Shown: piece by piece, positions 9,776-19,308 of the stretch | Layout of the letters: each line of letters begins with the position of its first letter | How positions within the stretch are numbered: the stretch's first letter is position 1 | IMG/VR virus record: IMGVR_UViG_638341087_000002 | Reading direction: 5' to 3' (one strand) | Source: a virus | Taxonomy: Duplodnaviria > Heunggongvirae > Uroviricota > Caudoviricetes | Length of the DNA: 26,225 nucleotides | Notes under the pieces: generated by a model | The model's database searches: none | The model's input: only the letters and a program-made list of their open reading frames with translations | Told to the model about the DNA's origin: nothing | Made by a program: the position numbers and the translations under genes

Positions 9776-10533
9776 TCACAACCTCCTTCCCTCCTCCCCG
9801 AAACGGACTCCACCGGCGAGGCCCGCCGCCTTCTGCATCAGTACATCATTTTCGTCCGGCGTCTCCGCCTGTCCTTCCTCTGCCTCCGGAGCGAACAGGC
9901 TGAAATCCGCCGGATGCATATCCGGATCGCCAAAAAACAGGCTGAGTACGGCGTACATCAGCCCGGAAAAATGCATATCCAGCTGGGTATCCTGAAAATA
10001 ATGCGTGCAGTAAAAACGTCGCCAGTCGGCATATTCGGTGGATGTCATCCCGGCAAGCATGGCGCGCCAGTCGGGTCTCCCCATCTCTCGCGCCAGTTTC
10101 AGGACAAAGTTCAGCTCGCCTTCGAATGCTTTTTTGATGTTACCGGCTCAGTCGCTTCTGCTTTCCCGGTTTGTTCAGGATCGGCATCGTGCCGGTTATC
10201 CAGCATACCTGAAAGATAAAGCACCCGGTTCGTTGCCTGATTCAGTGCATCAGCAGGCCATCCCAGCATCACTTCACGGCGGATCTGCTGCATCTCTGTC
10301 TCCGGAGAGGCCAGAGTGCCTTTGAGGGAATGGGAATGCCATAGCGACATCGCCACAAGCAGGGATGCCGTTTCCAGATATCGCTGGTTAATGTGCACGA
10401 CATCATGCTTCGTTGTCTCCTGTTGTTCTGCGTCTGAAACAAACTTTATATAATCAAACCGCTGCAGCGCAGACAATTCGGAAAGCGTGACGGACACACC
10501 GTTATATTCAAATTGTTCTGTTTTCAGAAACAT
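9776..10533 (-). CDS. Tail assembly chaperone G-T fusion made by programmed -1 ribosomal frameshift
   Basis: The T ORF (9776-10084) is in the -1 frame relative to G; the -1 frame is open from 10147 down to the T stop; slippery heptamer A AAA AAG at 10129-10135 (minus strand) lies in the G/T overlap. Confidence 0.75.
10111..10533 (-). CDS. G: Tail assembly chaperone G (zero-frame product)
   Basis: 140-aa ORF directly downstream of the major tail gene; ends ...EPVTSKKHSKAS; contains the slippery heptamer near its 3' end. Confidence 0.85.
   Translation of the reverse strand: MFLKTEQFEYNGVSVTLSELSALQRFDYIKFVSDAEQQETTKHDVVHINQRYLETASLLVAMSLWHSHSLKGTLASPETEMQQIRREVMLGWPADALNQATNRVLYLSGMLDNRHDADPEQTGKAEATEPVTSKKHSKAS
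10129..10135 (-). other. -1 frameshift slippery heptamer A_AAA_AAG (G-T)
   Basis: Zero-frame codons TCA AAA AAG read directly from the minus strand; after a -1 slip the reading continues AFEGELNFVLKLAREMGRPDW... into the T ORF. Confidence 0.75.
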
Positions 10534-10546
10534 GTATTACCTCCGT

Positions 10547-11299
10547 TTACCCTGCAGCGCCCGCTTCAGTAACGGTGACTTCAGCCACTGCGGCGAACTG
10601 ACCATTTCCGCTCACCACAGGGATCTGCACCTTACCTGTCGCCACGCCGTTTACCGTAATTGTCATATCTTTCACACTAATGGTGGCTTTCGACGGATCG
10701 GCGGAAACCGCTCTGAACGTCTTGTCGGTTGCACTTTCCGGCTCAAAAGAAACCGTCAGGGTGGTTGTTTTCCCTTTTGCCACCGTACCGGATGTCGGTG
10801 TCACCTTAATTGCAGTGGCCGGCGTAATTTCGCTGCGTTCTTCCGCCACGGAAGGTTTGCCCACGTTAGTGACTTTCACCGTGCGGGTGATCACTTCTTT
10901 CGCCGTCACGGCCTTACCGATACTGCTGACCCAGCCACGGAACACATCCACCGTGCCATTTGGGAAACGGATTTTATAGGCCCGCACATCCCCGCTTTCA
11001 AACCAGCCTATAAGCCCTTTCTGACCTTCTTCTCCCGGTTTCCAGGCCAGCGTAAAACTGGTATCTCCTGCAGACTTCTGCCCCTGCCCGGTCGCGGTCC
11101 AGTCCGCGTCTTCATCATCCAGGTAGTTATCATCGTAGGGTTCTGCCGTCATCTCGCCCGGCGTCAGATCCTTCACCTTAGCCAGTCGCTGCCAGTCATC
11201 GTCTGACAACGGGTTTGCATAAGCATCACCCTTGCCGTTGTAAACCCACAGAGTGGTACCGGCACCTTTCACCGGCTCAAGGGGATTTGGTGTTGCCAT
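10547..11299 (-). CDS. V: Major tail protein V with C-terminal Ig-like domain
   Basis: 250-aa [56 protein letters not shown]... lambda V-like; C-terminal Thr/Val-rich Ig-like region. Confidence 0.9.
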   Translation of the reverse strand: MATPNPLEPVKGAGTTLWVYNGKGDAYANPLSDDDWQRLAKVKDLTPGEMTAEPYDDNYLDDEDADWTATGQGQKSAGDTSFTLAWKPGEEGQKGLIGWFESGDVRAYKIRFPNGTVDVFRGWVSSIGKAVTAKEVITRTVKVTNVGKPSVAEERSEITPATAIKVTPTSGTVAKGKTTTLTVSFEPESATDKTFRAVSADPSKATISVKDMTITVNGVATGKVQIPVVSGNGQFAAVAEVTVTEAGAAG

Positions 11300-11306
11300 A
11301 TCGTCC

Positions 11307-11705
11307 TCACATCTCGTAGGTAATTTTCCACAGGAGATCTGCCGATCCCCACATCATAAACTCATCATCCCGGCGGTAGTCATACCCCTGAAGATTCATC
11401 TTCAGCAGTAATGCACTGAGCCCGGGAACTGCCTCCAGCGCAGGAAGAATTTTTTCTTCCATCCACATATCCAGTGCCGAGTCCGGTTCTTTTGCCCTGA
11501 GAAAAACCTCAATATGCAGTGTCGCCTCCCAGGTTCCCTCATCAACGAACTCGTCAGCAGCAGACGCATCTGTCAGGTAAACAGCAACAGCAGGCAGTTC
11601 CTGTTCATCAATAAAAACCGGGCGACCGTCAAACCAGCTCACCCTCTCAGAAATATTTTCTTTCAGGGCAGACAGAACTGCCGCCCGTATTTCACGGTGT
11701 TTCAT
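11307..11705 (-). CDS. U: Tail terminator protein U
   Basis: 132-aa ORF between Z and V; size, position and sequence character of lambda U. Confidence 0.8.
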   Translation of the reverse strand: MKHREIRAAVLSALKENISERVSWFDGRPVFIDEQELPAVAVYLTDASAADEFVDEGTWEATLHIEVFLRAKEPDSALDMWMEEKILPALEAVPGLSALLLKMNLQGYDYRRDDEFMMWGSADLLWKITYEM

Positions 11706-11717
11706 ACACCCTCCCAG

Positions 11718-12347
11718 TCATTTTCTTTTCAGCACCAGGCGTAACTGATGCGTCATGGCTTTCATCATCTGCGCCGGTAATTTTTCCCGGTACATCCGGT
11801 CCCGTTCACGTTCAAAGGTTTCTGCCAGCGGTCCGGCAGTCGTAATCTTCACCACTTCGATCGGCAGACGGTGGCGTTTCGGCCTCCCTTTGCTGTCCGC
11901 GCCGGTGGATGATGATGCCCACGGCATACGCTGCATCACATGCCAGCGTCCGTTAGCCAGCCGGGTGATAAAGGCGTCCGGGATCCGTCTTTTCCCCACA
12001 ATCAGCACACTGCCGCCCCCTTTCAGGGCCGCACGCTGTCCTTTCTTTCTCCGTTTTCTGCGGGAAAGTCGAACGCGGGCCTCCCCCAGTTTGATGGCGG
12101 GCAGGTTGCCGGTATTGATGTAAACCTTTGCGTAAACCTTATCCGGTCGTGCCGGACTTAACCGGATGCGGGCACGGATAAGACGACGGGGAACGGCCAG
12201 CTCCCTGGCAACTGAAGAGGCCGTTTTCGCAATAATGGCCCCCGCCACGCGGTTCAGTGTCGTGGCAGAGGCCCGGGGAACGGCACGGCGATCAATTGCA
12301 TCCAGATTTTTCATGGCCTGCGCCAGACCTTTTATTGCCATACTCAT
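11718..12347 (-). CDS. Z: Tail completion protein Z
   Basis: 209-aa basic protein (MSMAIKGLAQAMKNLDAIDRRAVPRAS...) in the lambda Z position, overlapping the FII-like gene by 4 nt. Confidence 0.8.
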   Translation of the reverse strand: MSMAIKGLAQAMKNLDAIDRRAVPRASATTLNRVAGAIIAKTASSVARELAVPRRLIRARIRLSPARPDKVYAKVYINTGNLPAIKLGEARVRLSRRKRRKKGQRAALKGGGSVLIVGKRRIPDAFITRLANGRWHVMQRMPWASSSTGADSKGRPKRHRLPIEVVKITTAGPLAETFERERDRMYREKLPAQMMKAMTHQLRLVLKRK

Positions 12348-12625
12348 TCCTGTTCGACAAAAATCCGGGGTTTACCGTTGTACGTGTCATAACGGGTCAC
12401 CGTCAGTGTGCGCCCCGCAAACACAACAACATCATGACGGGCCGGACGGTACCGGGCTGAAAACACCACCAGTGACAACTGGCTGCCCGAAAGCGCCCCC
12501 ATCTCCGCGGACTCTTCCTCCGGCATCACGTCGTACACGACGCCGTTAATCTCCGCCTGTTTGCCCATCACCCGAACGGTCGCCACGTCCATCCGGCAAC
12601 ACATTCGCGTAAACAGATCAGACAT
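12344..12625 (-). CDS. Head-tail joining protein, FII-like
   Basis: 93-aa ORF immediately upstream of Z; small beta-rich protein in the position of lambda FII. Confidence 0.6.
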   Translation of the reverse strand: MSDLFTRMCCRMDVATVRVMGKQAEINGVVYDVMPEEESAEMGALSGSQLSLVVFSARYRPARHDVVVFAGRTLTVTRYDTYNGKPRIFVEQE

Positions 12626-12944
12626 TGATTTTTACCGCCACAGTGGCGCTGTTTGCAGGGGCATTTTCCCAGGCTACCCCCGCTGCCACCGCACCGTCTG
12701 CAGCCAGCTGCACAACCCCGTCCTTCAGATAAACCACCGCGCCGGACTGAATGTCGTCAGCAGACTGTTTGGGCAGCAGGAACACGCCTTCGGCAAAACC
12801 GTCACCGGCCTCACCGGCAGGAATATCGGTAATGGCCACGGCCACCATACTGCCGACCACCACCGCAGCACCGCTCAGGATGGTCTGATCTCCGGCATTC
12901 ACCAGTTCAATGGTGGTACCGTCCTGTACAAAATTTTTCGCCAT
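12618..12944 (-). CDS. DUF2190-family small protein (capsid-associated, decoration-like)
   Basis: 108-aa Ala/Gly/Val-rich ORF MAKNFVQDGTTIELVNAGDQ... immediately downstream of the major capsid gene; pattern typical of DUF2190 proteins in this position. Confidence 0.6.
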   Translation of the reverse strand: MAKNFVQDGTTIELVNAGDQTILSGAAVVVGSMVAVAITDIPAGEAGDGFAEGVFLLPKQSADDIQSGAVVYLKDGVVQLAADGAVAAGVAWENAPANSATVAVKINV

Positions 12945-12990
12945 AATGCTGTTTCTCCGGACAGCCCCTGTGGGGCTGTTTTTCAGGCAT

Positions 12991-13009
12991 AAAAAAAGCC
13001 CTTTCGGGC
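12991..13009 (-). terminator. Intrinsic terminator/attenuator downstream of the major capsid gene
   Basis: Minus strand GCCC-GAAA-GGGC followed by a U7 tract, about 25 nt after the capsid stop. Confidence 0.55.
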
Positions 13010-13031
13010 AGTGATTGTGATAACGCGGTTA

Positions 13032-15011
13032 TCAGGCCACCGACGAACGCACCAGCCCGCGCCAGTCAAGTGGTGCCACTCCGGCATCAATACGGATTTT
13101 TGTGGCAATGCCGTCAGTGGTGAAACCTTCCTGCTGATCAATGTATGGCGTGTCCACACCATCCAGCCAGGCCACTTCAATGGTGTCAGTGCCCTGTGCC
13201 GCCGCCAGATACCAGGTTTTCGGGTCTGCCGCATCAAGACGCGCTTCTGCAATCACCTCAGCAAAGTTCTGGATAGGGTTAATGACACCGGCGTTTGCAT
13301 CCGCCCCTTTCACACTGGCCGATTTGATGGTCTGGTTCGCCACCGTCTCCAGTGCCACCGGTACCAGCATAAAGGCCGGACGGATATTCAGGGCACGATC
13401 GCCTTCTTTCTGCAGGCGCATCATCTGACGGGCCGCATCCAGTCCGGAAACGGAGATCCCCCCGGTGGCAATATTTTTGTGATCGGCATGGAACAGCGCC
13501 TTACCGTCGGACAGTTTCGGGTTATCCGTCAGCACCTTGTAGACCAGGTCACCAATCGTTGCCTTCGCCGCACGCCCCATCTTCATCGGCACGTCCACCA
13601 GCATATTCAGATCATCATTGATAATGGCCTGGCGGGTGATGGAGAAAATCTCCCCGTAAGTGGCCAGTGCAATGGTCTCCTTGCGATCTGAGGTGGTGAT
13701 GTATTTATACTCCGCCCCCTCACGAACCTGGCGCAGAGAACCAAAACCGCCCATCCCCACGCGATACGCTGTTTTGAAGTCTGACAGGCGTCCCTTACGG
13801 GTCCACTTCTGGAAGGTTTCTTCTGATTCCTCCCAGCCCTGGATCAGCCCCTTGTTCGACACATCCAGCAGAATATTGCCAAAATCAGAGGTGCTGTGCG
13901 TCAGCGCCAGCCCGACCATCTGCATGGGGTTATAACTGGCCACCCCAATACCGCGCTCCGTCAGTGACATGCGAGCCCATTCACGCAGGGTCATCCCGTT
14001 ATAGGCGTTATCCTTCTCGACATTTTCAAATCCGGCACGGGCCAGCATCGCCTGGCGGATCCCGTCCCCCACAAAATTGCCGTTTCCGGCATAAATATGG
14101 GCCGGTGTATTTTTGTTGGTCGGCGAGGACTCCTTGCCCATTTCATTCAGCAGTCGTTCACGGGCCATTTCCAGCGAACAGTCAGGATCAGCCACGCACT
14201 GTGCCTGAAGCGTCTGATAGCGACCGCCGAACATGGCAAACAGATCGTTAATGCCTGACATGCGGGCTTTCTGTTCTGCCATAACGCGGGCGCGAATGGT
14301 CGCCTCATCAGACACTGCCGGTACCGGTGATGGTTCTGTTACCGCCGGTGCAGGGATTGTCACTGTGGTATCACGCGGGGCACTGTTGCGTGGCGGAGTA
14401 ATCATGTTTCGGATGGATTCCGGCATCTTTTTAAATTCCTCTGTACGTTTTGACTGAATACATGCCATTGCCTCAACAGCGGGTGTCACCTGGTCAGCAA
14501 ATCCGTGTGCCAGACATTCGGCACCGGACATCCAGGTTTCATCCGCCAGCATGGCGGCAATTTCATCGGTGGTTTTTCCGGTTTTCTGCGCATAGGCTGG
14601 CAACAGTACCGATTCGACTTTATCCAGCAAATCGGCATAACTGCGCATATCCTCAGCATCCCCGCCACTGAATCCCCATGGCTTATGGATCATCATGAAG
14701 GCATTTTCCGGCATAATGACCGTATCACCGGCCATCGCAATCACAGATGCCATCGAGGCGGCAACGCCATCCACATACACGGTAATGGTCGCCCCCTGAT
14801 TTTTCAGGGCATTAAAAATGGCGATGCCTTCAAAGACATCGCCACCCGGTGAATTGATATGGAGATTAATGTGGGTGATATCACCCAGGGCATTCATATC
14901 GCTGACAAACTGCTTCGCGGTAACTCCCCAGAAACCAATCTCGTCATAAATATAAATATCTGCCTCACCCTGACTACCCGCCAGCATCCTGAACCAGGAT
15001 TTATTCTTCAT
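13032..15011 (-). CDS. Fused prohead protease (ClpP/S49-like) - scaffold - major capsid protein
   Basis: Track ORF 13032-15203; start moved to Met65 (MKNKSWFRMLAGSQ..., first base 15011) to avoid a 200-nt overlap with the portal gene. N-terminal ClpP-like protease region (IYIYDEIGFWGV...INSPGGDVFEG..IFNAL...ASMASVIAMAGD), Ala/Pro-rich linker, C-terminal HK97-fold-type capsid region. Confidence 0.8.
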   Translation of the reverse strand: MKNKSWFRMLAGSQGEADIYIYDEIGFWGVTAKQFVSDMNALGDITHINLHINSPGGDVFEGIAIFNALKNQGATITVYVDGVAASMASVIAMAGDTVIMPENAFMMIHKPWGFSGGDAEDMRSYADLLDKVESVLLPAYAQKTGKTTDEIAAMLADETWMSGAECLAHGFADQVTPAVEAMACIQSKRTEEFKKMPESIRNMITPPRNSAPRDTTVTIPAPAVTEPSPVPAVSDEATIRARVMAEQKARMSGINDLFAMFGGRYQTLQAQCVADPDCSLEMARERLLNEMGKESSPTNKNTPAHIYAGNGNFVGDGIRQAMLARAGFENVEKDNAYNGMTLREWARMSLTERGIGVASYNPMQMVGLALTHSTSDFGNILLDVSNKGLIQGWEESEETFQKWTRKGRLSDFKTAYRVGMGGFGSLRQVREGAEYKYITTSDRKETIALATYGEIFSITRQAIINDDLNMLVDVPMKMGRAAKATIGDLVYKVLTDNPKLSDGKALFHADHKNIATGGISVSGLDAARQMMRLQKEGDRALNIRPAFMLVPVALETVANQTIKSASVKGADANAGVINPIQNFAEVIAEARLDAADPKTWYLAAAQGTDTIEVAWLDGVDTPYIDQQEGFTTDGIATKIRIDAGVAPLDWRGLVRSSVA

Positions 15012-16503
15012 GCTGGCTGTCGGTGGCCTGCTGACGCTGTTGTTCAGTTCCGGCACTGTTGCCTCCTTTGTCGTTGACGGGGTCAGTATCAAAGACCAGC
15101 CCCAGTCTGCTGTTTTCATCAATTTCAGCCTTGCGGCGACGTTTGACCTCATCCGGATTGCGCCCACCGGCACGCACCCAGTCAGATTCTGTCGCTGCAC
15201 CACCCCGGATCTGAATTCTCCAGGCTTCAGCTTCCTTAACCGGGTCGATCCACGGCATCACCGGACCGGAATACGTCGCGTTATATAGCGTTTTCATCTC
15301 CACATCCGCCGGAATTTTCAGCAGACCTGCCGCAACCACCATATTCAGCCATGTCCGGTACACCGGGCGGGTTACCGCGCCAATAAAACAGTCCTGCAGG
15401 ATCAGGTAACCATCCGTGGACTCGACCAGCTCCTGCCGCTGGGCGCTGTAGGTGCCGTTATAGTTACGCGCCGCACTGGAAAAACTCAGACGACTGCCTG
15501 CTGCCACTGCACGCAACTGGCCGTTGCGGAAAGTTTCAAGGTTGGGATTGGGACGGTCAGATTTGACCATGCCGATATCCTCGCCCTTGCGCAAATCGTC
15601 ATAAATAATACCCGGGGTGATATGGACTTCCCGCTCGGTCTCTTTGCTCCCCGGATCTTCATAGTCCTGTCCGTCACCTTTACGGATATACAGTCCCAGC
15701 GCCGCAGCAATACGCGCCGCTGTCAGTTCCGCATCCTCATACTCCTTAAGGGCACTGATCCGCATCAGCACCCCCGATAACATGGATGAGCCTCGCGTCT
15801 GATGCAGACGACGAGTGAACTTCAGGTGGATCATTTTTCCGGCAGCGATTTCTTTCGTATCACTCTGCCGGCCGCTGACCGGATAATTTTTATAAACCAG
15901 ATATTTTTTCGGTCTTCCCCACTCATCAAGAAAAACCCCCTGATTCAGTCCGGCGGATTCATCAGTGCGCATGGGAACAAAATCCGGCTCCATCGCCTCA
16001 AGCCAGAATGGCACTCCCGCCGTCCGTTCCAGACCGTTTCCCGCACCACTGACCATCTGCGCAAACACTTCACCATCCCGCAGCCAGGTCCGCAGCAGTA
16101 AACGTTCAAGCACAGGACGGGTATACTGCCCTGTCACATCCGGACTCACGGACCATTCAGCCCACAAACGGCGGATATCCGCAGCCAGCTCAGCCGCCAT
16201 TTCCCCGTTTTTTCGTAATGGCTGAGGCTCCACAATAATTCCCCTGGCACCAATCACCCGCTCTTCCAGCTTGTCAAACACACCAATCACCAGGTCATGA
16301 TTGATATCCAGAAAACGGGCCTGCTCCCGCAGGGAAACCGCACCGTATTTACTGAGCTGATCAGCAGAGCGATTTTCCCGCCGGGCTTTATGTGTCCGGG
16401 TCGGTTTCACCGCCTCATAGGCCATGATTAACGCCCTTGAACGCAGTCTGGCTGCTTTCCACCCGGGGGAAAACACGCCGATCACATCATCAATAATTGC
16501 CAT
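15001..16503 (-). CDS. Portal protein (lambda B family)
   Basis: 500-aa ORF between the gpW-like gene and the protease-capsid gene; size and sequence character of lambda-family portal proteins; acidic, Gln-rich C-terminus. Confidence 0.85.
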   Translation of the reverse strand: MAIIDDVIGVFSPGWKAARLRSRALIMAYEAVKPTRTHKARRENRSADQLSKYGAVSLREQARFLDINHDLVIGVFDKLEERVIGARGIIVEPQPLRKNGEMAAELAADIRRLWAEWSVSPDVTGQYTRPVLERLLLRTWLRDGEVFAQMVSGAGNGLERTAGVPFWLEAMEPDFVPMRTDESAGLNQGVFLDEWGRPKKYLVYKNYPVSGRQSDTKEIAAGKMIHLKFTRRLHQTRGSSMLSGVLMRISALKEYEDAELTAARIAAALGLYIRKGDGQDYEDPGSKETEREVHITPGIIYDDLRKGEDIGMVKSDRPNPNLETFRNGQLRAVAAGSRLSFSSAARNYNGTYSAQRQELVESTDGYLILQDCFIGAVTRPVYRTWLNMVVAAGLLKIPADVEMKTLYNATYSGPVMPWIDPVKEAEAWRIQIRGGAATESDWVRAGGRNPDEVKRRRKAEIDENSRLGLVFDTDPVNDKGGNSAGTEQQRQQATDSQHEE

Positions 16504-16739
16504 TAAAACCTCGCCAGTTTAAATCCCGGTTTTCCCCGCCTGCGGCTCACCATCGCGGCAAGCCTGCGTTCCCACTCCTGACGTCCGGCGCGGATCTGAG
16601 AAAGGCTTTCCAGCGTCAGTTGCTGCCCGTTGAAGGTGACAGACTTTCCCTCCAGTACGGCCATTTCCGCTTCACGGTACCGCTGTATCATTTCTCTGGC
16701 TTCTTCTGTGCTCACAACCAGCCTCCTGATGTTATCCAT
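16503..16739 (-). CDS. Head-tail joining protein, gpW-like
   Basis: 78-aa ORF between terminase large subunit and portal, the position of lambda W; C-terminus RRRGKPGFKLARF resembles lambda gpW RRRGPAGFYV. Confidence 0.7.
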   Translation of the reverse strand: MDNIRRLVVSTEEAREMIQRYREAEMAVLEGKSVTFNGQQLTLESLSQIRAGRQEWERRLAAMVSRRRGKPGFKLARF

Positions 16740-18835
16740 GGATTATCTTCCGCACGCTCCGTCCGCAGTTTTTTCTTCCGGCGACGGCGTTTTTCTGCCC
16801 CGGCCGTCAGTTCCGGGGATACCGTTTCACCAGAACGCTCCTGCGGGAAGACGAGCCACGTTTCCCGCTGTGCCCAGTCCGGTGCGGAGGGCCAGCGGAT
16901 CTTTTCGTAACCATGCAGAACGGCAAGCGCATCCGCATAAACCAGCAGGTCAAACGCTTCGTTAGCGCCCCTGCCCGGTTTTCGCCATTTTCCGTCACTG
17001 CCGCGCTCTTCATAGGTCAGCTCATCGTAAAACCACCGCCCCAGCCAGTCGGGAAAGTGGATATAGTTCGGCCCTGGTGTGTCACGCCACAGGGCATTAT
17101 TTACACGGTCCTTAAACGCATCCGTCTGAACCAGCCACAGCGCGACATCGCCACTGGCTCTGGCACGGCGGGCACTTCTGCCGGTATTATCCGGGAAGGT
17201 TCGGTTAATCAGCCTGTCACGGCGAAGTCCATCCCCCTTGAACAGAAACACCCTGTTGCCCAGTCCGTCACTCCGGCAACGACGCCAGAAACGATAGGCG
17301 TTATCTGTCACCCCGGCTTCCCCTCCCGTATCCACCGCCATGGCCATCAGACGCATGCGCACATCCGGATCAGAAGCCAGCGGCCATGTTTTATGGAACA
17401 CATCCGTCAGCAACAAATCCCAGTCCTCCGGATATGCCGCCGGATCAACCGGCAGACTTTCACCGTTGGGACTGCATCGCAGTGAATGCCGGATGTTGTA
17501 GCGATCAACAATCCAGCGTTCCCCCTGCTCTCCGTATCCGGTGATCTGCACAACAAAACGGCGATTTTTACCGCCCTGTACGTCAACCGTTGCCTCAATA
17601 AAACGCACACCATCCGGCACAGATCGCCGGGGAAACGGCTCGGCACGCTGTTCAAGCAGTTCACTTTTACGCTGTTCCGTGGCTGAACGGGGCAGATAGG
17701 GTCGTCCGATATCGGTGTTCACCACCGCTTTCAGGGTCTCTTCACTGCCGGTTCGCTCATACTCTTCTTCTGCCGCCAGCAGTTTAAAAATCAGTTGTTC
17801 CCAGGTCTGAAACGCCGCAGCCGGCCCCTCCATCCAAAATGACGCAATCCGGGAGTTTCGTGGCGTTCCGGTGATACTGCCGTCCGCCGCCGCCCGTTCA
17901 CCTTCACGAAGCCAGATCCCCTGGTTATTCAGTTCGCGTTTCTGCTCAGGGGCAATCAGCCCGCGACAATGCGGACACATCAGACGGGCAGCCTGACCGG
18001 CAGCCACAAAATCCGGGTTATTCCGGTATCCGGTCATGTTATCCATCACCGGCTGAAAATATTCCCCGCAGTGCGGACACGGCCAGTACCACCGGCGGCG
18101 GTCTCCCCGGTTATACAGTGACAGGATACCCGTTGTTGGCGGTGCCTCATGTGCGCCACCACAACGCCATTTGGTATCGGTGATATCCCGCCCCGGTGAA
18201 CTCTCGACCAGGGTCATCCCCGAGGACATAAAGGTGGTGGTACGCTTTGAGGCCAGCGTGAAGGCATCCCCTTCCCCGTCCACGTTTTCAGGGAAACGGT
18301 CATAATCCGTCAGCGCCACACGACGGTAATCCGAAGAGGAAAAGACGGTGATCGACGGCCAGCCAATCTTCAGGAAGGAGCCGTCAAGAAACATTTTATC
18401 GTGGACGTTGTTGTCATTACGGGAAGGACTGAGGCGCTTGCTGACCTCCGGACTGTGGCGAAACGTCCTGGAAAGACGCGTTCTGGAATGCTCACGCGCC
18501 TTCGTCTCAGTCATCTGCACCACCAGCATATCCGCCGGATCACAGATGATGCCGTACACAATCCAGCCATCAATCAGCCCTTCGGTTTTCCCGGTTCGCG
18601 CAGGTCCCACAAACACCACCGCGTCATATTCACGGGCTGATAATGTATTAATGGGGTCAATCATATAGGGCGTCAGCGATGACTCCCACGGACCGGAAGT
18701 ATTGGCTCCCCGTGGAACCCGCATATAACGCCTGATGGCTTCCGCTACTGGTAACCGGCTGGGTGGGCGAAACAGCGAGGCCACTTCGCGCCAGATATCG
18801 GATGCGCGGCTATGGCTCTCGTTCACCTGATTCAC
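16712..18835 (-). CDS. Terminase large subunit (lambda gpA family)
   Basis: 707-aa ORF with Walker A-like VFVGPARTGKT and Cys motif CPHCGEYFQP resembling lambda A CPHCGEEQYL; overlaps the small subunit gene by 4 nt. Confidence 0.9.
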   Translation of the reverse strand: MNQVNESHSRASDIWREVASLFRPPSRLPVAEAIRRYMRVPRGANTSGPWESSLTPYMIDPINTLSAREYDAVVFVGPARTGKTEGLIDGWIVYGIICDPADMLVVQMTETKAREHSRTRLSRTFRHSPEVSKRLSPSRNDNNVHDKMFLDGSFLKIGWPSITVFSSSDYRRVALTDYDRFPENVDGEGDAFTLASKRTTTFMSSGMTLVESSPGRDITDTKWRCGGAHEAPPTTGILSLYNRGDRRRWYWPCPHCGEYFQPVMDNMTGYRNNPDFVAAGQAARLMCPHCRGLIAPEQKRELNNQGIWLREGERAAADGSITGTPRNSRIASFWMEGPAAAFQTWEQLIFKLLAAEEEYERTGSEETLKAVVNTDIGRPYLPRSATEQRKSELLEQRAEPFPRRSVPDGVRFIEATVDVQGGKNRRFVVQITGYGEQGERWIVDRYNIRHSLRCSPNGESLPVDPAAYPEDWDLLLTDVFHKTWPLASDPDVRMRLMAMAVDTGGEAGVTDNAYRFWRRCRSDGLGNRVFLFKGDGLRRDRLINRTFPDNTGRSARRARASGDVALWLVQTDAFKDRVNNALWRDTPGPNYIHFPDWLGRWFYDELTYEERGSDGKWRKPGRGANEAFDLLVYADALAVLHGYEKIRWPSAPDWAQRETWLVFPQERSGETVSPELTAGAEKRRRRKKKLRTERAEDNPWITSGGWL

Positions 18836-19308
18836 ATATCGGCCTCATCACAACAGTCAATGACTGCCTTTTCCAGTGTGTCGCGGATCTCATCAACCAC
18901 AATCTGTACTTCATTCAGTTGTGATGCGGTCCACCCCCTGTCCCTTTCCAGCCGGTCAGGCCAGGTTTCCAGTACCTGAACTATCGCTTTCACCACGACA
19001 GAAAAGGACCGCCTGACATCACTGACTGGCACAAGCTGACCAGTTTCCTGCTCAAATTTCAGTCGGTCACGTTCTGACTGGTACCATGCTTTACGCGCAT
19101 GAGGATCCATTTCCTTGTTATCTACAGGCAGAGGAGCTTTCATCAGCTCGGCAAGGATATCTGTCAGTCGGTACAGTTTGAGATTGCTCTCATGACCACC
19201 GGCTGGGCTTATGTTTTTTACCCGAGCCGCAACAGTCTGTCGATGAGCACCGGATAATGCGGCCAGTTGGGAAATATTCAGATGCAGATTTTTTAATTCA
19301 CGATCCAT
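18832..19308 (-). CDS. Terminase small subunit (DNA-binding, N-terminal HTH)
   Basis: 158-aa ORF immediately upstream of and overlapping terL; N-terminal HTH-like segment (LNISQLAALSGAHRQTVAARV); adjacent to an AT-rich region and a GC-rich cosN-like element. Confidence 0.8.
   Translation of the reverse strand: MDRELKNLHLNISQLAALSGAHRQTVAARVKNISPAGGHESNLKLYRLTDILAELMKAPLPVDNKEMDPHARKAWYQSERDRLKFEQETGQLVPVSDVRRSFSVVVKAIVQVLETWPDRLERDRGWTASQLNEVQIVVDEIRDTLEKAVIDCCDEADM

Noticed and set aside
10161-10167. GGGAAAG (the lambda G-T slippery heptamer) on the minus strand inside G
   Set aside because: It is out of register for a canonical X_XXY_YYZ slip (zero frame reads GGG AAA G), and the -1 frame hits a stop at 10148-10150 before reaching T. 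The in-register A_AAA_AAG at 10129-10135 is the credible site.
13032-15203. Full-length track ORF for the protease-capsid gene starting at 15203
   Set aside because: Its first 64 codons overlap the portal gene in another frame and look non-protein-like; Met65 (15011) sits just after the portal stop. An upstream start is not excluded but is less likely.
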